This document shows positions 1 through 9,842 of a stretch of 64,000 nucleotides of DNA, in pieces (position 1 is the stretch's first letter; each line of letters begins with the position of its first letter). The stretch is taken from the IMG/VR virus record IMGVR_UViG_3300036719_006047, positions 32,001-96,000 of that record, one strand, 5' to 3'. The DNA is from a virus. The notes under the pieces are model-generated. The model was not told where the DNA came from. It made no database searches and saw nothing but the letters and a program-made list of their open reading frames with translations. The position numbers were made by a program, and so were the translations under genes.

Positions 1-288
1 CACGTTCTTCATCTTGCGAAGAACGCTGAGCTTGAACTGTTGGTCTTGTGCCATCTTGCTTTGCGCGCTGTCGACCTCTAAGCCGTTGTCAACGTATTGA
101 CACAGCTTGTCCGGATTCGCGGCCAAGTGCTTCTTGAGTTCTTCGGCTGCTGCCCGCTCTAAGGGCTTTTTCGATTTCAGCATCTTTTCGATGACAGGTG
201 ATGCTTTTCGGATCGCGACAGCGAGTTTCTCCTCGTCTGTCATCTCACCACGAAGCGAAGTCATCGACTTGTACGGATTGTACGCCAT
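1..288 (-). CDS. hypothetical protein (partial, runs off window start)
   Basis: Not in ORF track. ATG at 288 with upstream GAGGAG; frame open to position 1 (MAYNPYKSMTSLRGEM...). Confidence 0.75.
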   Translation of the reverse strand, partial: MAYNPYKSMTSLRGEMTDEEKLAVAIRKASPVIEKMLKSKKPLERAAAEELKKHLAANPDKLCQYVDNGLEVDSAQSKMAQDQQFKLSVLRKMKNV

Positions 289-293
289 GGTTC

Positions 294-1157
294 TCAGTCT
301 TCTCCTCTGACTGTTTTGGCAGTCTTCTTTACTTGTTTCACTACCACGCGAAGGGCGACAAGACCCACCACAACGCCCGTTGCGATACCGATGCCCTTCC
401 AAATCCGCACAGAAGTGCAGTAGTTCGGAAGCAAGTTCCCTGGGAAAGTATCTTCGCACTTGGGCGGAGGCGGCTCATTCGCCTCTGTCTTTTCATTTTC
501 TGACTGCTCCGCCTTGACATCAGCTGCCGCCATCGCCTGCCCTTCGTCGGAAGCTCCACGAGATAGAATGCCTTGGACGGAGGCGAAAACAGAATTGGCT
601 CTCGCTTCAGGGTCTTCGTCAGAGGCGTACTGACGCACAGCGTTGAGTGCTGCTGAATAGATGTCTTTTGTCTGATTCGTTCTGTTGATTGCGCCTTCTG
701 TCAATCCTTCTGTTTTACCCTGCTTCGCCCACTTGGACCCCATGTCGAGGAGTCTCTCCCGACCTTGGCTATCGCTGGAACAAGCTCTTCCTGCAACGCC
801 CAACCAATATGCTGACTTCAGGCGAGCTCCTGCTTCTGTGGCTGAGGGCCTTTCCATTTCAGCCTTCGCCGACAACTGGTTGATGTTTTTTAGGGGGCCA
901 GCGTACGAATTCCACAACCAAGGATCTGCCATGTCTATTGCGTGACTGTACCAAATTTCTGTGTTCGGCTCGATTTGAGTCTTTCCGGCAACCGCAGCAG
1001 AAGACAAGGCAGATAGCTTAGACAAAACATTCATGGCAGTAAAAAATCCGTAGTTTCCTCTTGTACTGTATACAGGGTAGCCTTCAACTCCAGCCGAATA
1101 AATCGACGGCTGGAATACAGCGAAGCTTCTTTCGCGGAAGTTCTGAGGTTTGGTCAC
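294..1157 (-). CDS. hypothetical protein with C-terminal transmembrane anchor
   Basis: GTG at 1157 with GAGG 5 nt upstream (track start 1208 overlaps the upstream gene); hydrophobic GIGIATGVVVGLVALRVVV followed by a basic tail. Confidence 0.75.
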   Translation of the reverse strand: MTKPQNFRERSFAVFQPSIYSAGVEGYPVYSTRGNYGFFTAMNVLSKLSALSSAAVAGKTQIEPNTEIWYSHAIDMADPWLWNSYAGPLKNINQLSAKAEMERPSATEAGARLKSAYWLGVAGRACSSDSQGRERLLDMGSKWAKQGKTEGLTEGAINRTNQTKDIYSAALNAVRQYASDEDPEARANSVFASVQGILSRGASDEGQAMAAADVKAEQSENEKTEANEPPPPKCEDTFPGNLLPNYCTSVRIWKGIGIATGVVVGLVALRVVVKQVKKTAKTVRGED

Positions 1158-1183
1158 GGAAGCCTCGGGCTGTTGGCGCAGGT

Positions 1184-2524
<1,341 letters not shown>

Positions 2525-2607
2525 AAGACACCTCTATTTGCTGTTTAGCGCCGTAGCACACATTACAGCGGGGGCACGAACAACGCCAGTGACTACTGCT
2601 GTTTGTA

Positions 2608-4368
2608 GTGCTACAGCGGTTTGCGAGGTGTTCTGTGCGTCACCAAAACACATTTACAGCTAACTTCATTCTCGTTCCTTACGCGCCTTCCCGGCGAAAC
2701 CCTGAGCGAGTCCTGTCTCCTGACCAAGCTTCTGCCGTAGAAGACATCAAAAATCTCATTTTAGCGCACTTCGAAAACAAAGCTCCGAAAGAGCACTTGG
2801 CGCTGGTCCTGACGGGCCCGGCAGGCACAGGCAAGACCACGATTGTAGATGCTCTCGTGAAACAGCTCGGGGATGCTGCTATCTTCTCGTATGCAGCTCC
2901 TACAGGAAAAGCTGCTGTCCGCTTGGCCGAATCGGTAGGCCAAGAAGCCCAGACGCTGCATCAGGTCATCTATGGCGCTCCGACAGAGCTGGGGCGCTGC
3001 CCGAAGTGCAACAAGTTCTCACAAGAGCTGGGCGTCTCGCAGAAAGAGGCGAAGCAGGCGGGAGGCTACAAGTGCCCCTCTTGCTCAGCTCGCTATCCCG
3101 CTACCAGTACATTCGAAACAAAGCTCGGCTTCGCGAAAGCGGACAGAGAGAAGGCAGCAGTCACCCAAGGCCCGCGTCCTCTCTTGATCGTGGACGAATC
3201 CTCCATGATCGGGCCTCAGATCTACGATGACTTGCTCGAAGCCACTCCCGTCACCACTCCGATCTTGTTTGTCGGTGACCGGGAACAGCTCGAGCCTGTT
3301 TTGTCGGCAGAAGAGAAGAGCAAGTACCCGGGCCAAATCTGGGGTCCCGACTTGGCTTCTCCGACGCAGAACCTCACTCAGATTCACAGGCAAGCTGCAG
3401 GCAGCCCCATCATCAACCTGGCGACGCGGGTACGCCTGGGCAAGAACGCTCATTCTCCCTTTGCACTTGATCCGGGTTTTTCGGGTTCATCTGATCTCGT
3501 GGTGCGGCGAGGAAGAGCACTTGACGCGGCCAAGTGGATCGCGGACATGCGAAAAAACCGACAGGATGCTACTGTTTTGGCTTTCACGAACAAAGAGTGC
3601 GCGGACGTCAACAGGGAAGCGAGAAAGTTGTTGGGTCTCGACGAAAAGAGCTACGCGGAATCTGTGGCAGCCGTGCGGTCCGACAGACTTCTGGTTTTGC
3701 GCAACAACCGTGGCTACGGCCGAATGAACGGAGAAGTGCTCGTCGTCAATGCTTCTTTCCGAGGCCCTGTTGTAGAAGGACAAGCAACCACATGGGTGCA
3801 GTTTATCGATTCGCCTGAGTGGGTGCTCACGGCCAACTCTCTTTACGGTCAGACGTCGCCGCAGGAGCGGCAGTCCGCGCAGAACAACATTCAATTCGAC
3901 TTCCAGGCGCCATTGGGGTCTTGGATCTCATACGTCAAGTCCATTGCGAAATCTGATGAAAACAAAGCATATGGCGTGAAGCCTGTTGACACTGAGTATT
4001 ACGACATCCTCGCGAAAGCTGGCACAGCAGACCGCAACGTGGCAGAGTCGGCTGGCCTCAGGGACAAGAAAGCGAAGAAGACGCTCGCTCAGTACGACGA
4101 GATGGCTAAGATTTTCGCAGTGCCTGATGCAGTCGAAGAGATCTACGCGAAGACAGGAATGCTCGCCGCAGACTTGCTCTTCGTCGATTACGGGCAGTGT
4201 CTTACGGTGCACAAGAGCCAAGGGTCTCAATGGAATTATGTCGCACTTCTCGCGGGGTACGCGTTCCACAAAGCTTGGGAGAATCCTGCCTCTTCCGAAA
4301 GCATGCGCAGATGGTTATACACTGCCGTCACTCGAGCGGCGAAGAAGTTGATCGTCTTCGCTGGGTGA
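2608..4368 (+). CDS. RecD2/Dda-like SF1B helicase with Zn-ribbon insertion
   Basis: GPAGTGKTT, LLIVDESSMI, VGDREQL, LTQIHRQ, TVHKSQGSQW, LYTAVTRA; CPKC...CPSC insert. Start uncertain. Confidence 0.9.
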   Translation: MLQRFARCSVRHQNTFTANFILVPYAPSRRNPERVLSPDQASAVEDIKNLILAHFENKAPKEHLALVLTGPAGTGKTTIVDALVKQLGDAAIFSYAAPTGKAAVRLAESVGQEAQTLHQVIYGAPTELGRCPKCNKFSQELGVSQKEAKQAGGYKCPSCSARYPATSTFETKLGFAKADREKAAVTQGPRPLLIVDESSMIGPQIYDDLLEATPVTTPILFVGDREQLEPVLSAEEKSKYPGQIWGPDLASPTQNLTQIHRQAAGSPIINLATRVRLGKNAHSPFALDPGFSGSSDLVVRRGRALDAAKWIADMRKNRQDATVLAFTNKECADVNREARKLLGLDEKSYAESVAAVRSDRLLVLRNNRGYGRMNGEVLVVNASFRGPVVEGQATTWVQFIDSPEWVLTANSLYGQTSPQERQSAQNNIQFDFQAPLGSWISYVKSIAKSDENKAYGVKPVDTEYYDILAKAGTADRNVAESAGLRDKKAKKTLAQYDEMAKIFAVPDAVEEIYAKTGMLAADLLFVDYGQCLTVHKSQGSQWNYVALLAGYAFHKAWENPASSESMRRWLYTAVTRAAKKLIVFAG

Positions 4369-5057
4369 CAGGAAATACCTTGAACCCTGCTTCTACAGAA
4401 CAAGTCGCTTTTCTGAGCTCGAGCTTTGTCGAGGGGAACAGCATTGCCCCCATCGAGGCGAAACGCTTCTCCTCGGTGAAGTTCTTTCAGTGTCGCTGGA
4501 ACTCACTGAGCTTCTCTAAATCGGCCTTCGTTGGCGCCACCTTCACGAACTGCACTTTCGTTAAGTGTGATTTCCGCGATACTTTCTTCGACGGATGTAC
4601 TTTTCAGAACTGCACATTCGCTGAGTGCTTGTTCTACGATAGCTTTTTCAGCTTGTGCATGTATGACAAGCTCCGCTTGGAGCAATGCCAATTTGAAGGC
4701 AATGCTTTCTTGTCGTCTTTGATCGACTGCAACCAGCTCACTGAAAATAACTTGAAGCTGATCGACTGCTCGTTCAATATCTACCCGTTCGCTTTCGTTC
4801 GAGAGGACGGTAGTTGCGTTCGGTTCAGCAAACTCGCGCCCGTCCAGATGGTGTTCTTGTGGACCATGGCGGGGCTCGGGTTCAAGATGCGCCGCGTAAA
4901 TGACGACTTCATCGTCTTTGGGGCGCCATCAAGTCTATCGAAATCAGGGTTTACCTATGTTCTTTTCGACAGAGAGAAGCTAAAACTGGTTTCCTTGGCC
5001 AAGCTGGGTAATGTCTCATTTTCTGTTGTGGCCGCGATCAACGACATGAAAAAGTAG
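4365..5057 (+). CDS. pentapeptide-repeat protein (Phe/Cys type, unrelated caps)
   Basis: GTGA overlap with helicase stop; SAFVG ATFTN CTFVK CDFRD TFFDG CTFQN CTFAE. Confidence 0.8.
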   Translation: MTGNTLNPASTEQVAFLSSSFVEGNSIAPIEAKRFSSVKFFQCRWNSLSFSKSAFVGATFTNCTFVKCDFRDTFFDGCTFQNCTFAECLFYDSFFSLCMYDKLRLEQCQFEGNAFLSSLIDCNQLTENNLKLIDCSFNIYPFAFVREDGSCVRFSKLAPVQMVFLWTMAGLGFKMRRVNDDFIVFGAPSSLSKSGFTYVLFDREKLKLVSLAKLGNVSFSVVAAINDMKK

Positions 5058-5059
5058 CT

Positions 5060-5545
5060 TTATCTCTTTAACCGCAAGCGTAGCATCTTTATTGCTATTC
5101 TTTCGGGACCGTCGGGTACTGCAATGATAGATACTTCTTTCCATCCCTTCCTTTCTATGAAAGAGATACCCTTTGTCTCTTTCAGGTAAGCCCATTTCAG
5201 TTGTGTTTCTGCCATGTAGGCGTTTGTGAAGTCGCAACTCTCCAAATCAGTATATTCCATATCGGTTCCGCGCAAAATCGCATTGCTAAAGTCAGCTTCA
5301 GGAAACACAGAGCCCATGAAGTTTACGCCGCTAAAGTCACCGCCGCTCAGGTTCAATCCTGTGGAGTAGTTCTGCCCTGAAAGGGCAATGAGGGATTGAA
5401 TCATCCATCCCACATTTGCTTTCCGAAAAAAATCTGCCATGGGCGGATTATTTTCGTTATTTTGCGCAGCTTTTCGGCAGCCCGCAGCGTACTCCACCAG
5501 AGCTTTTTCTGCCTCTGGCTGAGCTCTCGTGTTGAGCTTTTTCAC
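5060..5545 (-). CDS. short pentapeptide-repeat protein, distant relative of the array family
   Basis: GDFSG VNFMG SVFPE ADFSN AILRG TDMEY; N-terminal VEYAAGCRKA and KGI..IAIKMLRL tail resemble the array caps. Confidence 0.85.
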   Translation of the reverse strand: MKKLNTRAQPEAEKALVEYAAGCRKAAQNNENNPPMADFFRKANVGWMIQSLIALSGQNYSTGLNLSGGDFSGVNFMGSVFPEADFSNAILRGTDMEYTDLESCDFTNAYMAETQLKWAYLKETKGISFIERKGWKEVSIIAVPDGPERIAIKMLRLRLKR

Positions 5546-5546
5546 C

Positions 5547-6419
5547 CTACCCGATGCCCCCGATCACATCGTCGTCGTCCCTCTCGTGAGATGTTTGGCG
5601 AGAGGAGGCACGAGCTCTCGTGTAGTCTTCAGGCACTTCTTCCTCTTCAAAGCCGTAGTAAGTCTCCTCGAAAGGCGGAGCGTCGTCTTGCCAGGAAGGA
5701 GGAGGCCCGTACTCCCAGGGATCTACTGTGCGTGAGGAGTGATGACGAGACTGGCGCGGAGGGGGAGCACTCTCTTGGCGCGGAGGGGGAGCACTCTCTT
5801 GGCGCGGAGGGGGAGCACTCTCTTGACGCGGAGGAGCGCCCGGCTTTTTAGCGTCTTTCTTGTTGAGCTTGCGCAAGATCTCTTCGGCTTTTTCGGGCGA
5901 GTAGCAGAACTTGTGGCCAAGCTCGGTCATGTAAGGGGAGCCGTCGTCGTTGAAGAACTGCAGGCAGACGCGGCCCGTCCGGTCGCGGCCTTCGCGGTAC
6001 TGAGGGTTGTCTCTGTTGCGGGCCATGAGTGCCTCCGAGATGACTTCTTTCGTTCTGGGAACGAGGTCGTACTTGCTGAGTTCGTCTTCAGACACGAAAA
6101 CAGCTTGAGTGTGCTCGTAGTTTAGCTTCACGCACCCGCTGTGAGGAGCATGTACGTTACCTTCGTGTGCCACGAAGTAGATGAAGAAGACGTTACCTTC
6201 AGTCTTTGCCGTCAAAAACTTCAAGTGACTCGGGTTCACGATCAACCCGGCTTCTTCTTGAAGCTCTCGTGAAGCTGCTTCGACTGAACTTTCTCCTTCT
6301 TCCACTTTCCCGCCAGGCAAGCCCCATTTGTTGGGCATCCAAGGCGCAGTCGGCCCTCGCTTGAGCAGCAGTACCTTCTTGCTGTTTGTTACGACGATGA
6401 CGCCGGCTGCGTGCTTCAT
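5547..6419 (-). CDS. NUDIX hydrolase with low-complexity C-terminal extension
   Basis: Nudix box GGKVEEGESSVEAASRELQEEAGL. Confidence 0.9.
   Translation of the reverse strand: MKHAAGVIVVTNSKKVLLLKRGPTAPWMPNKWGLPGGKVEEGESSVEAASRELQEEAGLIVNPSHLKFLTAKTEGNVFFIYFVAHEGNVHAPHSGCVKLNYEHTQAVFVSEDELSKYDLVPRTKEVISEALMARNRDNPQYREGRDRTGRVCLQFFNDDGSPYMTELGHKFCYSPEKAEEILRKLNKKDAKKPGAPPRQESAPPPRQESAPPPRQESAPPPRQSRHHSSRTVDPWEYGPPPSWQDDAPPFEETYYGFEEEEVPEDYTRARASSRQTSHERDDDDVIGGIG
5752..5823. repeat. 24-bp tandem repeat x3 (APPPRQES)
   Basis: TGGCGCGGAGGGGGAGCACTCTCT three times plus a degenerate partial copy. Confidence 0.95.
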
Positions 6420-6425
6420 TGTATT

Positions 6426-6833
6426 TTACTTACCCGGGTACTTGGTGATCAAGTGCTGTAGTTTTTCTTGGATGTAAGCGTGAATCATGGGCGCGCGGGT
6501 ATCCAGTTCGGACAGCCCGTTCCCCAGACCACGACGAGGCAAGATCACTCTTCCGTTTTTCTCGAGATGAGCTTCAATCTCAGCAATCCTTGCGTCGATG
6601 CGGTCTTTCACGCTTTCGAAGTCTTCGTCGGAGAAGAAAGCATCTGCTTTCATGCTAGGAGACCACTTTGTTGGGATCCCTACTGCGTTCTTTTCGCCTC
6701 GCATCTCCCTCGCCTGACCGCCAAAGCCTCTCTCCTCCATGTTGTCCCCGAACACGTATAGCGTGCTCGGGTTCGCGCGAAGGTGGTGCTTCTCGATCCA
6801 GTCTTGGAAGTAGATGCCACTCGCCATTGTCAT
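6426..6833 (-). CDS. conserved phage protein (VFGDN..GGQA..GIPTK; DUF7831/macro-like)
   Basis: Motif recalled from a widespread phage family; ATGA overlap with the upstream gene. Confidence 0.65.
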   Translation of the reverse strand: MTMASGIYFQDWIEKHHLRANPSTLYVFGDNMEERGFGGQAREMRGEKNAVGIPTKWSPSMKADAFFSDEDFESVKDRIDARIAEIEAHLEKNGRVILPRRGLGNGLSELDTRAPMIHAYIQEKLQHLITKYPGK

Positions 6834-9688
6834 TTCCTCTTGTTGATTAGCCTTTGAAGCACAGCGTATTCTTTCTTGTCTGCGGTAAAAGCAGCTCGTC
6901 CGCCAGTAAGTACTGAAGCGATGCGAGCATCAGCCCAACTCTTTTGCGAAGCGCCTGGTCTGTGTCCGCCCGAGGCCCAAGCGGCAAGACCTTTTCTGTA
7001 TACCTGTTTCAGCGCTTCCGTCAATGTCTGTACGTCTGCGGCCGACGGCTTACGCCCCGTGTAGTGCTTGAGCGCCTTCTCTGCGACTACGCTAAGGTCG
7101 TCATTCGATTGAGAGACGTCGAAACCCCTCTTCATCGCTTCCTTTCTGTAGGGGGACAGTTTGACGAGTCCCATCGAGCGCGCGATTCTGTCTGTCTCCG
7201 GAGGGGTGAAATCCCCTCTCCAATAAGCATCGCGGCTCTCGCCGAGCTCTCTTTCTCTTTTCGCTCTGAGCTCAGGCGGCAGTCCCGCCAAGTACTTTTC
7301 GGGGATTAGACGACCTTGCGGATCAGTTCCGTCCGGATTTCGCTTCTGCTTCCGCACGGGAGGAACGTAATCATAGTATTCGTCGTCATCGTCTTTGTCT
7401 TCTTCGTCGTACTGCTGGTAAAGCACAGACTTGTCGGAAGGAACTGCGTCGATGACGGGGATGCCCAAAGCATCGAGTGAATTTTTGATCTCTTGGTAGT
7501 AGGGGTGAGTCCTGTATATCACCAGAACTTTCATCTTCGCGTTGGCGGGCGACAAAAATGATTCTGTCCACGCTTCCACCTTGCCTTCTGTCGGCGTGAA
7601 GCCAGCTTGAGGCTCAGTGCTTGCTATTCTCATGCCGCTTGAATCTTGGTATGACCACACATCTCCTTCTGCTTGAAGTCTCGTTGTTCCCTCGAAGATG
7701 CCTACAGCTTTGTTCCTATCGTCACCATGCCGCAAGAAGATAGTTTTCGACTCCTCCAAGTCTGATACGGCCAGTTCTCGCTTCATCCGCAAGAAGTGCT
7801 TCCATTGCGACACACTTCGCGGAATCTTGTCTTTGAAGTTGAACACGTGAGCCCAGACACCGTACTTTCCGGGCTTCATGTAGGGGTCTGGTTCTCCTGC
7901 TTTTTCCCGCCTCAACCGCTCGAGCGTATCTGCTCTGCCCGCCGGAACAGTAGGCCCCTTAGGGTATTCTATTTGTACCCTGCTCCATCTTTCGTCTTCT
8001 CTTCTTTTCGCTTCTCTCAGCGCTTCTGCGTTTGCGATCTGCTCGCTCGCCTTTCTGTGTATTTCGTACTTTTGCACTTCCTCTTGGACAGAAGGAGGGC
8101 GCTTGAACCAATACTTTTCGAATTCAGTACCCTTTACCATAGAAAACAAGTCTCTTTCCACGGAACCATAATAGTCTTCGTTCGTCTCTGACTCTTCGTA
8201 CTGTAAACCTTCCAGCGCTTCATAAGACAAAAGGTTGAAATTTTCTTTGGCTATGCTCAGCAAGCGGTAAACCATGTTGTTTGCCTCTTCTTCTGTCAGA
8301 GGCACTTTTTCGCTATAAATGGATTGTCTTGCCTGAGACGCAAAGGGTCTGTTCGTAGTGAGGAAGTACGCAAAATGCTCTATCTCATTTTTTGTTTGTT
8401 GCTCTGAAGGAGGAAATGTTGCATGCCATCTGCCGATGTTTTGGTGGAGCAACTGTGACGGGTACCCGTATGTTCTGTAACCTCCTGACCCCCATCCCCC
8501 CGCTATGCCGTAAATCAAACCCAAAACAGTGCAAAAGAATTTGATCTGCTCTCTCTCGTTCATGGGGTTGTTCCGCGCAGAACTTCCGCTAACCCAAGCT
8601 TGACCTGCGTCTCCACCCCAATTCAGCCATGCCATGTAGCCTCTGCTGGGACTTCTGTCGTCGCCAAAACCGCTGCTTCGCTTGTCCTTGCGGTGCCGAG
8701 AAAAGTAGTTCCTCATGCGACCCATCGTTGTGCTCGATACCCCTGGCTGGGTGGCCAACTGGATAGCTCGTGCGATCCCGATGAAGTTCCACGCGCCGTA
8801 GTTGTTGGCGTGAGACAGAGCCAGACCGTGCATGGCTTCTTCGCGCACAGCAGGAGGCACTTTGTTGCCTCCTGAAGCTGTATCGTTGGACCTGTTGCCC
8901 CCTGCTGTGATTCCTAAGACCTTGAGCGCGTTGGTGAGGTTGAGGCTCAGCGACCCTGAGGCTTGACCCGTTGCGCGCAGGTCTGCAACCCCGGATTCGA
9001 ATTGACGTCTCCAATCAGAGGGAGCAGACGATAACCATCTTTCGATAATGCGTTTATTCTGTTCGGGGTCAGTGTAATCCTGAGGATTGACGCGAGCGGC
9101 GTGCGCGATTTGGGCCCAGGCTGTTTGTTGCGTCTTCCTGTTCGGTGATGTAACACGGATGTTGAGGCTACTACCTCTTCTGTCTACTTGAGTATGCGGG
9201 ATATGTCTCATGGCTGCTTCCCATTTCGTCAGTCTGGCAGGATCGCCTTGAATGCCTATGTAGCCGTGATTGTGCTGTTCTTTTAGTTTTTTGTCGATGT
9301 CGCGCAACGAATGGAGTGCTACCTCGTAGGAGGGATCTCGCCACAGAACATGTTCCCCCGTCTCTGTGTTCCGCAGCATCAACCCTGTTGTGCTGACGCG
9401 GCTCTGGTCTTCGATAAGCTGTTTTTGAAGTCTCTTTACGTAGTTCGCGTCGTACTCATGCCCTGCGCAAGAAGGCAACGTACGCAAACCTTTGCTCGTA
9501 GCGGCTTCGAGCAACGGAATGAGAGGGCGGTCTATCGTTGTGGTTACTTCCTTGGCCACGGTCTTTGGCTGGCGTCGAGGTGCGTGGTAGAACCATCGAA
9601 CGCCTGTTCTGAGCGGCTCGAACCACTCTTTGTCGGAGAATGAATCAGGCGGAACGTAGTCGGCGTAAAATCTACTTTTCTCTCTCAT
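6830..9688 (-). CDS. 952-aa multidomain protein: head-morphogenesis-associated domain plus C-terminal DUF5824-like domain
   Basis: GIARAIQLA..RMRNYFSRH..MAWLNWGGDAG and VYRKGLAAWASGGHRPGASQKSWADARIAS motifs, recognised from memory. Confidence 0.7.
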   Translation of the reverse strand: MREKSRFYADYVPPDSFSDKEWFEPLRTGVRWFYHAPRRQPKTVAKEVTTTIDRPLIPLLEAATSKGLRTLPSCAGHEYDANYVKRLQKQLIEDQSRVSTTGLMLRNTETGEHVLWRDPSYEVALHSLRDIDKKLKEQHNHGYIGIQGDPARLTKWEAAMRHIPHTQVDRRGSSLNIRVTSPNRKTQQTAWAQIAHAARVNPQDYTDPEQNKRIIERWLSSAPSDWRRQFESGVADLRATGQASGSLSLNLTNALKVLGITAGGNRSNDTASGGNKVPPAVREEAMHGLALSHANNYGAWNFIGIARAIQLATQPGVSSTTMGRMRNYFSRHRKDKRSSGFGDDRSPSRGYMAWLNWGGDAGQAWVSGSSARNNPMNEREQIKFFCTVLGLIYGIAGGWGSGGYRTYGYPSQLLHQNIGRWHATFPPSEQQTKNEIEHFAYFLTTNRPFASQARQSIYSEKVPLTEEEANNMVYRLLSIAKENFNLLSYEALEGLQYEESETNEDYYGSVERDLFSMVKGTEFEKYWFKRPPSVQEEVQKYEIHRKASEQIANAEALREAKRREDERWSRVQIEYPKGPTVPAGRADTLERLRREKAGEPDPYMKPGKYGVWAHVFNFKDKIPRSVSQWKHFLRMKRELAVSDLEESKTIFLRHGDDRNKAVGIFEGTTRLQAEGDVWSYQDSSGMRIASTEPQAGFTPTEGKVEAWTESFLSPANAKMKVLVIYRTHPYYQEIKNSLDALGIPVIDAVPSDKSVLYQQYDEEDKDDDDEYYDYVPPVRKQKRNPDGTDPQGRLIPEKYLAGLPPELRAKRERELGESRDAYWRGDFTPPETDRIARSMGLVKLSPYRKEAMKRGFDVSQSNDDLSVVAEKALKHYTGRKPSAADVQTLTEALKQVYRKGLAAWASGGHRPGASQKSWADARIASVLTGGRAAFTADKKEYAVLQRLINKRK

Positions 9689-9818
9689 CTGCTTCTCGGT
9701 GACCTCTCTTCCGGGTTACGTAGCGCAGAATAGCGGTTCTTAGCCTTGTAGCACTTGCCTTCGGCTCCAACCCAGTGCTACGCACTCGCTCTTCTCTGTT
9801 CCTGTGTGATATAGACAT
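9672..9818 (-). CDS. small basic hypothetical protein
   Basis: ATG at 9818; 48 aa filling the gap before the 952-aa gene. Confidence 0.3.
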   Translation of the reverse strand: MSISHRNREERVRSTGLEPKASATRLRTAILRYVTRKRGHREADEREK

Positions 9819-9842
9819 CCCGACTTCTTTCGGAGACTTTTC

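Noticed and set aside
6830-7400. Eukaryotic giant-virus origin implied by the DUF5824-like domain
   Set aside because: SD sites, coupled operons, a sigma70 promoter, rIIA/rIIB and SLT all indicate a bacterial virus.
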